Shown here piece by piece: positions 24,475 through 37,511 of a DNA stretch of 64,000 nucleotides. Source of the DNA: Malacoraja senta (taxonomy: Eukaryota); NCBI GenBank assembly GCA_038087875.1, contig JAXLNO010000796.1:1-64000 (forward strand). Reading direction: 5' to 3'. The notes under the pieces are model-generated. The model worked only from the letters and a program-made list of their open reading frames with translations, was not told where the DNA came from and did no database searches. Positions within the stretch are counted from its first letter, which is position 1, and every line of letters starts with the position of its first letter. Both the position numbers and the translations under genes were made by a program.

Positions 24475-25030
24475 TGTGAGGAAAGAGTTAACAGACATAG
24501 TTGATTTAGACTAGGGATAGAAAAATGGCTTGGGGTGTCAGCAGAAGCCAGACTGCTGGTAAAATAGAAAATAACGATATATAGAACAGAGAGAAATTCT
24601 AGATAAAAAGTAGCAAATTCAGCAGAAGATTTGAGAAATAAGTAGAAAGGGAGAAAGTACATAAGGTCAAACATATCTGTGCATGCCTAATGAACTTACA
24701 TGAATATGTACACACACCCACTAAGACAAGATGTCCCATTTAAATGCACATGCGATGCATGATATGGGAGGTGTCTTTGACGTCGGGTGGACGTTCCAGG
24801 ACGTTCTCGTGGGAATGTGGGCTTTATGTTATGATTGGAAGAAGCACAATGGGGAGGGATGAGGGTGTGACAATGATACCCATGAAATGTATAAAGATAG
24901 AAGACATCCCGATCCTCGGTGTGCCTCTATGGGACATCAGAGGAGGCACCTATTCTGCAGAATATGATTTAAATAAAAAGCTTCTTTGCCGACTTTGTCT
25001 CTAAAAGCGTTTGTGATTTTGCATCTCACA
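24475..25030 (+). mobile_element. ERV 3' LTR (556 bp)
   Basis: Follows the PPT. It has TGTGAG...CTCACA inverted termini, a TATA-like TATAAAG at 24890-24896 and AATAAA at 24972-24977. Confidence 0.88.
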
Positions 25031-25961
25031 CTTATGTATGGCTTAATTGTATTCATGCATAGTATGATTTGGCTGAATACCACGCAAAGGGGTTTTCACT
25101 GTATCTAGTTACCCGTGTCAATAATAAACCAACACGTTGTATCTATCGATTGCAACACCCAGTGTTTATTTTAAGCAGGTAGCAAGGTTGTATTAACATT
25201 TCCTTTTTGCCTTTGACTACGTGGTGAATGTAAAGATGGGTCATAATGCACTGTATCTTTACTACTGTTTATTGCTGCCCTAGCTGTCCGTGGTCTGTCA
25301 CTGGAACCAGAGAGAGAGAGAACTGGGTGGGAAGGTTGTAATTATACCAGTGATGTGGGGAGTGGTTAGTAGTGGTGAGGTCACTATGTTAAAGGTACAT
25401 GCACATTTCATCTACAGTGAAGAGCCATCTTTTTTTCCACCGCTGAAGACCTCCTGGCGCCAGTACAATATTCTGTCGGCGTGGGGCGATTCGGCATTTG
25501 CAATACTGAGGATCAGGACATATTTCCAAATCAGAATGGCGGTCAATTTGGATCTTGATCTGCAGGTGCTATTTTTACACGGTAGATTTCAAAGGGAGAA
25601 CAGCACTAATTGCCCGCTTGGAAAGCGAAAGGGTGTTGATTCCACCGTCCAGAGGAAAATGATTATAATCTTCCATTCAGTGGCCAAAAGTAACACCAGT
25701 CCAAATTAGTCATTTTCCCTGCAGCTTCCAAGTTCACGCGAGTCCTACTGTCTGGTCAAAAAGACGGTGATTCAATTATTATTTGAACAGAGATTGATGG
25801 CGGAGGAGTTAGCTTGGTAATGTTATTGAATGTCAAGGCAGTTTACATCTTGCCTAATACTACACCTGCAAACAACTTTGCTGACATTCACACATTTCCT
25901 AAATATGGAACTCATATCTATACCAACATCTTTGATTTAAATCAGAAAATACAAACAAAAT

Positions 25962-26133
25962 TCGCAGCAGTCGAACGGATGCCTCGCAGCGTCAGAGACC
26001 CGGGTTTGATCCCGACTACGGACGCTGTCTGTGTGAACGTCGTACGTGGGTTTTCTCCGGGCGCTGGTCTCCACCCACATTCCAAACTCGTGCAGGTTTA
26101 TCGGTTAATTGCCCCCTGTAAATTGCCCCTAGT
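25962..26133 (+). mobile_element. HE1-type SINE, partial
   Basis: cagagacccgggtttgatcccgactacgg...gtaaattgcccctagt is homologous to 20814-21130. Confidence 0.7.
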
Positions 26134-26149
26134 AAGACTGCGTCGAAAC

Positions 26150-26500
26150 GGGCTTTTTGGCACAGCATGCCCCATCTACATTAGTCCCAACTCCCCACGC
26201 TTGGCTCATAACCCTCTAAACCTATCCTATGCATGTACCTGTCCAATTGTCTATTTATTGTTATGATAGTACCTGTCTCAACCGCCTCCTCTGGCAGCTC
26301 GTTCCATATACCCACCACTCTTTGTGTAAAAATGTTATCCCCAGGTTCCTATTAAATCTCCACACTCACCCACCTCTCACCGTAAATCTATATCCTCTGG
26401 TTCTCGAGTCCCCTATTGTGGGCAAAAAACTCAAGCGCATTTACCTGATTGATTGCTCACATAATTTTGTAAACCTCTTTCAGATCACCCCATCCTTTTG
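26150..26500 (-). mobile_element. CR1-type LINE 3' fragment
   Basis: Homologous to the 3' part of the CR1 at 31293-31700 (tccctctggcagctcgttcca...cccaggttcctattaaatct). Confidence 0.65.
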
Positions 26501-26514
26501 CACTCTAAGGAATG

Positions 26515-26825
26515 AAATCCAGAACCAGGGGCCACATTTCCAGAACCAGGGACCACAGTTTAAGAATAAGGAGTAAGCCATTTAGAACGGAGACGAGGAA
26601 ACACTTTTTCTCACAGAGAGTGGTGAGTCTGTGAAATTCTCTGCCTCAGAGGGCAGTGGATGCTTTCAAGAGAGAGCTAGATAGGGCTCTTAAAAATAGC
26701 GGAGTCAGGGGATATGGGGAGAAGGCAGGAACGGGATACTGATTGGGGATGATCAGCCATGATCACATTGAATGGCGGTGCTGGCTCGAAGGATCGAATG
26801 GCCCACTCCTGCACCTATTTTCTAT
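26515..26825 (+). mobile_element. CR1/HER1 LINE 3' end
   Basis: agaaccaggggccaca...gagagtggtgagtctgtg.aattctctgcctcagagggcagtgga...gatcagccatgatcacattgaatggcgg. Starts with a small internal duplication (agaaccaggg twice). Confidence 0.8.
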
Positions 26826-29800
26826 TGAAATCAGATCCTTCTCAACCTCACCCTCCCTGAACATAGACTCAGTGACTTGCAGAACAGTTCAGCATTGGAA
26901 CAGGCCCTTGGGGCCACACCTTCTGTTCCAAACGTGATGCCAAGTTGAACTACTCTCCTCCACCAACACATGTTCCATATCCCTCCTTTCCCTGCATATC
27001 TATGCCTTTCTAAAGACTTCAAATGCCACTATCAAGTCTCCTTGTAAATCTTCTCTGGACTCTTTCCAGCTGGTATGTTAAAAACAAAGTGCATGAACAA
27101 TTCAGTGTGTCAGGCAGCATCTGTGGTGGGAATCGACTGACAACGTTTTGAAGTCACCAGTCTGAACAAGAGTTCCAGCCTGAAATGTCGTTGGTTCATT
27201 CCATCCCACAGATGTTGCCTGACCCACTGTGTTCCTCCAACAGTTTTGCTCAACGAACCAACATCTACAGTTTCTAGTATCCCCAGAGATCTGTTAACTG
27301 TCACCATTTAATTGCCCTATTTTATTTCATTTTGTATTACATTTCTGTTAAATTATGTTGCAGTCTTGGAAATGTTTTCACCTCAGCTGCGAACCTGCAT
27401 TCCTAGTGTACATTGCTACTTTAATCATGCTAAATTATGATCACTGCCATCAAAACACCTCATCACTACTCTACAATACTACTCCCATCTTGCAGCCAAT
27501 ACCCACCATTTTATATACAGTCACCTTAATACTATTTCTTAAATGAATTTGAGAACCTCTGCACTCTGCTTCAGTGACAGATAATATTAAGTGTAAATTC
27601 ACAACTATTTATTGTTCTGGGGTGGGTTATTTTGCACCATATAAACAGGCCAAAATATTTCTCCTTCCGTATCGCTAAGTTTATTTGATATACGATGATG
27701 AATACAAATCAATGGATCATTTAAATGTGCTGATGGGGACCATTCATCCTATCAGGCCAATGCCACCTCTCTACTGGAGAAAATCACTTGTTCAACCCCA
27801 GCCCTTAAACTGTAGTTTTGCGTGTTTTTGCTCACAATTAGTTTATCCAATTTTCTCTTTGTGATGAAACATAAATAGGATTCGGATCAATGAACGGAGA
27901 AAGAAAATTTCAAGGGTACAAATGACTATCTTTATTATGTCAAATTACAAGATAAAGCATTAAAAAAGCAATAAATCTCATGGCTTTCAGCTCAATGTGT
28001 TAAATGATAGAAGCCATGGCAAATACCATCAAGTCTCACAGTCTTCTGCCCATTGGAGACTCCTATTTATGATGGCTGGTGTGGAGATCTTGCGGGCCCA
28101 GCCAATGTCCTTCAAAGATTCTGCATTAAATCAAGCACCGAGCTATTCTTCCATGTCTCGGAGAAAAGAAAGGTTTAACTTATCCTTTAGCTACACTAAA
28201 TATCCTTGTAGGCTGCTCCATAATTTCCCAATTATTCTAAGTGAGCCCTCAATCATCTAATTGTTTCCCAAAGCCAGCCTACTTGCTTACCATAAAGTGC
28301 AGTTAGCAGAAAATGTAATCTTAGGTGAAAACCCCGTTTACCTTTTCCAATGCACTAAGGGCATAATGGAGCCAATTACACAACATCTACATGCCATACA
28401 CTTGACATTCCAAACGCACGTTGCATAGAATTCCTTGTCCACTCTCAAACCCTCCAGCAAAGTGATCAGCCTCCCTATCCATTCTTCCCATCAAAGATTG
28501 ATAATTTTCCAGAGCTCCAAGAACTTAATATGTGATTCACCACCCTCTGACTAGGGATTCCTCCTTATCCCTTTCTAAAGCGACTTTGAGTCCTGAAAAG
28601 CGCTATATAAATAAAATCTATTATTATTATTATTATCATGTTATTCTGAGAAATGTGCTTGCCAATACCAGGGCATCTGCAGTTTTAGTCTCCTGATCTT
28701 AGGAAGAATGTTCTTGTTATGGAGGGAGTGCTGTGAAGATTCATCAGATTTCAGGGATGGGAGGACGAATGTATGAAGGGCGATTTGGGCGATTAGTTTT
28801 ACATTGTGATTAGGACCATTCAAAATCAACTACAACATTCTTATGGGTCTGTACAGGTTCAAGAGAGTCAAGAGTGTTTTATTGTCATATGTCCCAGATA
28901 GTACAATGAAATTCTTACTCACTGCAGCACAATGGAATATGTAAACATAGTACATGGTAAACAATATGAAAAACGAGAAAGAGAAAAACAAAATCAGTGT
29001 GCACATATATATATATATACACACATACTCACAGGTACACACACACACACACATATATGTGTATATTTGTACGTATACATATATTTAAGAGGGAAATCCG
29101 GTCAGTTCAGGTCACAATCTGATGATAAGGCTTCAAGTTGAGATGAAGAGCGATTACTTCTCGCACAGAATGATGAACGTGTGGAATGTTACACCACTGG
29201 AAGCAGTTGAACACAGATCATTGAATTTATACAAGGAGTTATATGTTATTTGTATGGTCAAAGGATCAGAGAAATAAAAGGAACAAGGTATACATTTTAG
29301 GTCACAATTGATCACATGGAATAATAGTTGAGGCTCAAATGCCTGAATTCCTATTACTTTTATATTCTGCATTTCAACATGTTTGTATTTATCATGGCCA
29401 CATTTCCTCTGCATCGAAGAACATGATAACTGGGATGCTTAAAAGGAACCTAGACCCTGGTGCCAATGCCTTTTTGCAGATAAGACAGATGCATACATTG
29501 GTTTGGTGTTCACAAAGCGAGGACAAATCAGAAATAATTTTCTGAACACGCCATCCATTTCTATTTCAATGTGCTTACCCAAGATACAAAAAAATAATAC
29601 TATATTAATTTATATTTAAAAATGTTTGGATAAAATAAACAAAACACGGTCATCGAATGTCCCTGGGTAAGTCGTTCACACCCTGCCCTCCACCCCTTTG
29701 AGAAGTGGCTGAAGGGTGATATTAAAATACATAAAGCTTTTAAATGAATCACTATGGTGAAAACATTTCCACCATAAAATCCAGCAGGGAATTCGACAGA

Positions 29801-31292
29801 GAATGCTCCCTCTCCTCCCCTCCCACCCAATACTGGTGAGAATGAGGATCCAGATCAATGAATTGCATTTAGGGGAAGGCTGGGCAAACACAAAAGAGAA
29901 AAGAACAGTCGGTTCTACATTGGAGAATCCAGCACAGACTTGCCAACCATGTTGCAGATCGCATAAGGTGGGAAGAGGCTCATGTGGACTATATTCGCCA
30001 GTATTGGCAGGATCGGCAGAGTGGCCTGTTCCTACACACTTGTGTCCTCTACAACCTTGTATTACTTTGACTGCCAATTCATTTTTGATAATTTTGTTCC
30101 CATTCATTCTTTAAAAAATACAAAATCAACTTTGACGTAAGATAACTGTGATTGATGCTGTTGCAAATAAATGGAGGCCTTACATTTTCTTAACAACAAT
30201 TTAATTTTGTGCCTTGCATATTATATCTTTCATATTATATCTTGCATATTCCATATATCTTGCCTTTACTTCGCAACATGAAGCCACTATAAAACAGGGT
30301 GCAATCCAATGTGTTTACTTGGATTTCATGCCAATCTATTTCCAAAAATCTTATACTCAATGGTCTATTCATCAAGCACATTCTACAGGCAACTATTATT
30401 AGGTGAAATCTCAAGAGCAGAACTTGTACCAAATGAGCCACATAAAATGAACTTGATCTCTGTACCACCAGTCACCGTGGATAATTTTATATTCTTATGG
30501 ATGATAAATTCTTTGCATTAGATTAGAAATGTACAAAGTACAAACAATCAAGACTTTTGACATCATCAAATAACCAAGCGTTATGTAACAACATTTATTG
30601 GTGCTGTGTCTCAGACTAAATGCAGTGTTAAAACAAAATATATTCTATCCAATAATGACTGTAGCTAATGGAATCTGCAACTAAAAACAGAAGACTGAAA
30701 GCATTCAATGGCTCAAGCAAAATTATTGGGACAAATGGTTGATGTCACAAATAGGGTCAAGAACCTGCACCAGGCCTGTGAGGGAAGAGGATGGATTGCC
30801 AATATATAGCAATCAGGGAGGAATAGGACAGAGGCTGGTAGATCAAACGTAGAACCAGGTGGGGAGAGGATAATGGGTAGATGGAAACAGGTAGGAGAGG
30901 AGGAGGAAGAGGTGAACAACAGGAGAATAATCTGTTCAAATGAGACAGAGGTTCACTTGCACCTCTTTCAACTTTCTATACTGCATTCATTGCTCACACT
31001 GTGGAGAAACTAGCTTAGATGTCAACCATTTTGTACAGCACATCCCTTTGAAGTAAAGATCATCCTGAGATCTGTTGTATGGTATTTTAATACCCCTTCC
31101 CACTCACACACTGACCCATCTGTCGTTAACCTTGGGCACAGAAAGTTTTAAGTAAAATATCTGATAATCCACCTGGGTAACTTACAAGCCGATGGTATGA
31201 ATATAAAGTTTTCACATTTCAGCTTATCCATACCACTGGTGTTCATTTGTTCTCCCACAACCACCCATACACCAACTTTGCTCCATCTGCCC

Positions 31293-31359
31293 ATCATATA
31301 ACCATAACAGCATGGAAACAGGCCATCTTGGCCCTTCAAGTCCGTGCCGAACATTTAAA

Positions 31360-31390
<31 letters not shown>

Positions 31391-34300
31391 AAATAAAATA
31401 CTTCCCCCTAGTCCCATCTACCTGCACTCAGACCATAACCCTCCATTCCTTTCCCGTCCATATACCCATCCAATCTATTTTTAAAGGATAACATCGAACC
31501 TGCCTCCACCACTTCCACTGGAAGCTCATTCCACACAGCTACCACTCTCTGAGTAAAGAAGTTCCCCCTAATGTTCCCCCTAAACTTCTGTCCCTTAATT
31601 CTCAAGTCATGTCCCCTTGTTTGAATCTTCCCTACTCTCAATGGGAAAAGCTTATCCACGTCCACTCTGTCTAACCCGCTCATAATTTTAAAGACCTCTA
31701 TCAAGTCCCCTCTTAACCTTCTGCGCTCCAAAGAATAAAGACCTAACTTGTTCAACCTTTCTCTGTAACTTAGTTGCTGAAACCCAGGCAACATTCTAGT
31801 AAATCTCCTCTGTACTCTCTCTATTTTGTTGACATCCTTCCTATAATTAGGCGACCAAAACTGTACTCCATACTCCAGAATTGGCCTCACCAATGCCTTG
31901 TACAATTTTAACATTACATCCCAACTTCTATATTCAATGCTCTGATTTATAAAGGCCAGCACACCAAAAGCTTTCTTTACCACCCTATCTACATGAGATT
32001 CCACCTTCAGGGAACTATGCACAGTTATTCCTAGATCCCTCTGTTCAACTGCATTCCTCAAATCGCTACCATTTACCATGTACGTCCTATTTTGATTTGT
32101 CCTGCCGAGATGTAGCACCTCACATTTGTCAGCATTAAACTCCATCTGCCATCTTTCAGCCCACTCTTCCAAATGGCCTAAATCTCTCTGTAGACTTTGA
32201 AAATCTACTTCATTATCCACAACACCACATATCTTAGTATCATCTGCATACTTACTAATCCAATTTTCCACACCTTCATCCAGATCATTGATGTACATGA
32301 CAAACAACAGTGGACCCAACACAGACCCCCTGAGGCACCCCACTAGTCACCGGCCTCCAACCTGACAAACAGCCATCCACCATTACTCTCTGGCATCTCC
32401 CATTCAGCCACTGTTGAATCCATCTTGCTACTCCACCATTAATACCCAACAATTGAATCTTCTTAACCAACCTTCCATGAGGAACCTTGTCAAAGGCCTT
32501 ACTGAAGTCCATATAGACAACATCCACTGCTTTACCCTCATCAATTTCCCTAGTAACCTCTTCGAAAAATTCAAGAAGATTAGTCAAGCATGACCTTCCA
32601 GGCACAAATCCACGTTGACTGTTCCTAATCAGACCCTGCTTATCCAGATGCTTATATATATTATCTTTAAGTATCCTTTCCATTAATTTGCCCACCACTG
32701 ACGTCAAACTAACAGGTCTATAATTGCTAGGTTTACTCTTCGAACCCTTTTTAAACAACGGAACAACATGCGCAGTACGCCAATCCTCCGGCACTATTCC
32801 CGTTTCTAATGACATTTGAAATATTTCTGTCATAGCCCCTGCTATTTCTACACTAACTTCCCTCAATGTCCTAGGAAATATCCTGTCAGGACCTGGAGAC
32901 TTATCCGTTTTCATATTTTTCAAAAGTGTCCGCACCTCCTCTTCTTTGAATATCACAGTTTCCATTGCTACTCTGCTCGTTTCCCTTACCTCACATAATT
33001 CCATATCCTTCTCCTTCGTGAATACCGAAGAAAAGAAATTGTTCAATATCTCCCCCATCTCTTTTGGCTCTGCAGATAGCTGTCCACTCTGACTCTCTAA
33101 TGGACCGATTTTATTCCTTGTTATCCTTTTGCTATTAATATAGCTGTAGAAACCCTTTGGATTTACTTTCACCTTACTTGCCAAAGCAACCTCATATCTT
33201 CTTTTAGCTTTTCTAATTTCTTTCTTAATATTCTTTTTACATTCTTTATACTCCTCAAGCACCTCATTTACTCCATGCTGCCTATAATTATTGTAGATCT
33301 CTCTCTTTTTCCGAACCAAGTGTCCAATTTCCCTTGAAAACCATGGCTCTTTCCATTTTTTACTATTTCCTTTCAACCGAACAGGGACATAAAGATTCTG
33401 TACTCTTAAAATTTCACCCTTAAATGTCCTCCATTTTTCTTCTACATCCTTCCCATAAAACAACATGTCCCAATTCACTCCTTTTAAATCCTTTCGCATC
33501 TCCTCAAAGTTAGCCTTTCTCCAAACAAAAATCTCAACCCTAGGTCCAGTTCTGACCCTCTCCATAATTATATTGAAACTAATGGTATTGTGATCACTGG
33601 ACCCGAAGTGCTCCCCGACGCATACCTCCGCCACTTGCCCCGTCTCATTTCCTAACAGGAGGTCCAGCACTGCCCCTTCTCTAGTAGGTACCTCTATGTA
33701 TTGCTGCAAAAAACTATCTTGCACACATTTTACAAACTCCAAACCATCCAGCCCTTTTACAGAATGTGTTTCCCAGTCTATGTGTGGAAAATTGAAATCT
33801 CCCACAATCACTACCTTGTGCTTACTACTAATATCTGCTATCTCCTTACATATTTGCTCTTCCAATTCTCGCTCCCCATTTGGCGGTCTATAATACACCC
33901 CTATAAGTGTTGCTACACCTTTCCCAATTCTCAGTTCCACCCAAATAGCCTCCCTAGACGAGCCCTCTAATCTATCCTGCCAAAGCCCTGCTGTAATATC
34001 TTCCTTGACAAGCAATGCAACACCCCCACCTCTTGCCCCTCCAATTCTATCACCCCTGAAGCAACGAAATCCTGGAATATTTATTTGCCAATCACAGCCC
34101 TCCTGCAACCATGTTTCACTGATCGCCACAACATCATACTTCCAGGTGTCAATCCAGGCTCTAAGCTCATCCACCTTTCTTACAATGCTCCTAGCATTAA
34201 AATATACACATTTAAGAAACCCACCACCACTTATTCTCTGTTTATTATCTTTTTCTTCTTTCTCTCCTACATTTTGGGTCCGAGTGCTTCCCTTCTCTGC

Positions 34301-34590
34301 CTCCTGCCTCCCACATTTTCCACTAGCTTTCTCTATTTGAGTCCCTCCCCCCAACCGTTCTAGTTTAAAGTCTCCCCAGTAGCCTTTGCAAATCTCCCCG
34401 CCAGGATATTGGTGCCCCTCGGGTTCAAGTGCAACCCGTCCTTTCTGTACAGGTCACTCCTTCCCCAAAAGAAATCCCAATGATCCAGAAATTTGAATCC
34501 CTGCCCGCTGCACCAGTTCCTCAGCCACGCATTTATCCTCCACCTCACTCCATTCCTACTCTCACCGTCACGTGGCACAGGTAGTAATCC
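31293..34590 (-). mobile_element. CR1 LINE, truncated within ORF1, with an essentially complete ORF2 (APE endonuclease + RT) broken by one +1 frameshift
   Basis: ORF1 esterase-like C-terminus 34578-34360 (AWLRNWC...FLDHW...YRKDGLHL). ORF2 runs 34354-32285 (YFNARSI, SETWL, GDFNFP, SDHN, DKSPGPD, YRPVSL, YMDFSKAFDKV) and 32343-31408 (SVLGP, YADDTK). 3' tail cataaccata near 31293. Confidence 0.97.
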
Positions 34591-34849
34591 TGAGATTCAT
34601 CCCCTCCCCAGCTGATTCCACCTGCCACTTACCAGCCTCTGCCCCATTCCTCCTTCAAACTGTTAGAATCTTCCCATCCTCTCCTTCAATTCTAATGCAG
34701 TGCCTTGACTTGAAATGTTGGTATATGTCATTTGCCTCCACAGATGCTGTTTGACCAAGTACTTCCACTGGCCTTTCTTTAGTCTAAAATTCTTGTTGGA
34801 AATAACCACAAAGTCTTACTCTATCTATAATTGAAACCATTTAATTGGT

Positions 34850-35830
34850 GCTTAGAGAGCTTTCTAAAATCATGAGGGCGATTGATCAGGATTTATTTTA
34901 CCCAGGGTAGGGTAATCAAGAACCAGCAAAAACAGGTTTAAGCAGTGTTCAATGCTAATTGTTTAGGTGTCGGAGCTGTCAAACAGGGGCATTTCAGATT
35001 TTGCTTGGGGGGGGGGAGGCAAGCTAGTCTCCCTAGAGGGTCAAACAAGATTATAGCCTATTACTACATCCCAGTGTATAGCTAGTACATTAAAACATAT
35101 AATACTTAATTTAATTATGACAAAATATTGCACGGTTGCACTCACTGATTATCATGAAATATAATTATGAAGCAAGTAAAGAAAAATACGGTTATCATGT
35201 ATTTTTACAGAGGTGCCGGCAAGACACCGACTCGCCCTGGCTATCCTGCAGCTCTGGGCCTTCACACACACACTCTCACCCTCACACCCATTCACCTACA
35301 CACACACCCACCCACTCACCCACCCACCAGAGTTCCAGGCTCAGCTCCAGGCCCACAACCACAAACTATGCACACATCACATGGTCTGTCTCTGCTGCAT
35401 CATAGTGTTCCCCCCTCCTACAGGGAACCTCAGTAGTGATGGGTCTTCCCCTTACCCCTCTTTTAATCAGGTTACCCCGACCACACATCCGCTAGTTAAA
35501 ATTCCACGCTGTTTATTTTTTCTTTAACAGAGGTGCCGGATCGGTGCTCAGGTGAGCTCCGGCAGCACTGCACCCCTGGGTTTAAGGTGAGGAGGAAGAT
35601 TTAGTAGGAACCTGAGAGGCAACCTTTTCTACTAAGAGGTTACTGGGTGTGTGGAATGAGCTGCCAGCGAAGGTAGAATAACAACATTGAAAAGACACTT
35701 GGACAGGTACATGGATAGAACATGTTGAGAGGAAAGTGGGCCAAACGCTGGCAAATGTGACTAACCTAAATGTAGCATCTTGTTCAGCTTGGAGCATTAG
35801 GCTGAAGTACCTACTTCCATGCTATATGGC
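34850..35830 (+). mobile_element. Degraded CR1 3' fragment split by a hAT-type insertion
   Basis: aacaggtttaag|gtgaggaggaagatttagtagg rejoins as CR1 3' sequence once 34943-35586 is removed. Confidence 0.7.
34943..35578. mobile_element. Non-autonomous hAT-type DNA transposon with an 8-bp TSD
   Basis: Perfect flanking direct repeat GGTTTAAG (34935-34942 and 35579-35586). Termini are CAG...CTG with imperfect TIRs (CAGTGTTCAATGCT / CAGGGGTGCAGTGCT). Confidence 0.75.
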
Positions 35831-36553
35831 TCTATGACTCTTTGTTAGATGAACATAAACATGGCAAATGGAGTTTAAGAATGGAAAATATGTGCTCACA
35901 CACTCTGGTAAGATCAATTAAAAGAAGCTATTATCTAAATGGAGTGAGATTGCAAATGAGTGGAGTACAAGAGATTCAAGTGCTTAAAGTGCAAACAAAA
36001 AGCCAGCAGGTAGATGCAGCACACAACGCAGAATGTGATTAGCATTCAAAGTAGGTTACTATTGTAATTATGGTACATGATGTTGCTAAGGAGATATCAG
36101 GACCACTGTGCACAGCTTGGTCCTCAAATTTAAGAAAGGATATATTAATATTGGATATCAGCTAGAAGAGATTTCTGGAATAAGCAAGTGTTGCCTAACC
36201 ATGAATGGCTGAAATCACTGGTTCTGTGTCCCTTGGAGATGACAAGAAACAGAGTTAACCTTATGAATGTATTAAAGAGGCATGATGTGCTGGTGAATTG
36301 ATGGATAATGCGTGGATATATTCTAAAAGAACAGGGAATTGTGTCTTATGTGGAATAAGCACAGTAAAGGAGTTGAGGCCTCAGTCATATCAGTTGTTAT
36401 CAACATAAATTGCTAGATAGCTCTAATTTGTACAAATGCAGGGCAGTCTATTGAGAATTTCTGTCATGTTTGATAAACTTAATTTAACCCTTTCCATTTA
36501 TTTCAGTTCCTGCATTTTAATCACATCCATGAAATCTTCTACTCAGCGATTGG

Positions 36554-36594
36554 TTAGCAGTGCACGTTCTGCTTTGGTTGAATATTTTGATAAT
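36554..36594 (-). CDS. MHC class I-like gene, probable terminal cytoplasmic exon: (D)YQNIQPKQNVHC*
   Basis: Strong acceptor tttaatttccctcctCAG (CAG at 36597-36595). The phase-1 join to the TM exon is in frame. TAA at 36556-36554, followed by AATAAA at 36502-36497 on the minus strand. Confidence 0.65.
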
Positions 36595-36721
36595 CTGAGG
36601 AGGGAAATTAAATATTAGACAACAAAGAAATGGCATAGCAGAGAACAGAACTCAGAAAGATGCAACGACTTTATTCGCTTTAACTGTTGATTCATCCCAC
36701 ATAACATCTTCCTTCCAGATA

Positions 36722-36965
36722 TAAAGGCACAGCGCCAGACACCTGGGTTTGATCCTGACCATGGGTGATGTCTGTATGGAATTTGTACCTTCTCCCTGTG
36801 ACTGCATAGGTTTTCTCCAGGTGCTCCAGTTTCCTCCCACATTCCAAAGACAGATGTGCAGGTTTGTAGGTTAATTGACTTGTGTCCCTAGCTTATGTGG
36901 GTGATCGTTGGTTGGTGCGGACTCATGTTCAGCACAAACGTTGTTGGACAAAGGACCTGTTCCTC
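36722..36965 (+). mobile_element. HE1-type SINE
   Basis: ggcacagcgccagacacctgggtttgatcctgacc...gtgcaggtttgtaggttaattg...ggacctgttcc. Confidence 0.75.
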
Positions 36966-37511
36966 TATTACAGGGGCATTCCCATTCACCGTAAAATTCA
37001 GCGAACTCAGCACCATTGGGTCACTGGAAATATTCCCTGCCTGACCATCAGATCCCTCCAGATCAGTCGGACAGACACCAGTTAGGCAGCATCTGCCTGC
37101 AAATGATTCATGTCCCTCAAACCCCTGCATCTCCATGCACCCACGAAGGTGCACGCCAGATGCCACCATCCCTGGCAGTGCTTTCCAGGCACACACCACA
37201 TAGTATGTAATAAAAACTTGCCCTTTTTAAAAAACTGCAGCTTCTACGCTGCACTGAATATAATGCAATAATTTAAATGCCATAGTAGGCATTTAGTTAA
37301 TTGGGATAATTTTAGTCAATTGGGAGGTGTGATTGCAAATCTTGTACAATATCATAAACCAAGTAAAATGTGACAAAGTCAAAATGGCCAGGCACAAAGA
37401 ACAGAATAATCATGAACATCAATAACATGTCAATAACTAGACTCTCCTTGTGGCAGCATGCTGTAAGGTTGCAAACTCATTTGCTCCCTTAACTTTTAAC
37501 TTCCACTGACC

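Noticed and set aside
28040-28170. Minus-strand exon candidate after a pyrimidine tract
   Set aside because: The acceptor is a weak GAG, all three frames stop within 15 codons, and there is no recognisable motif.
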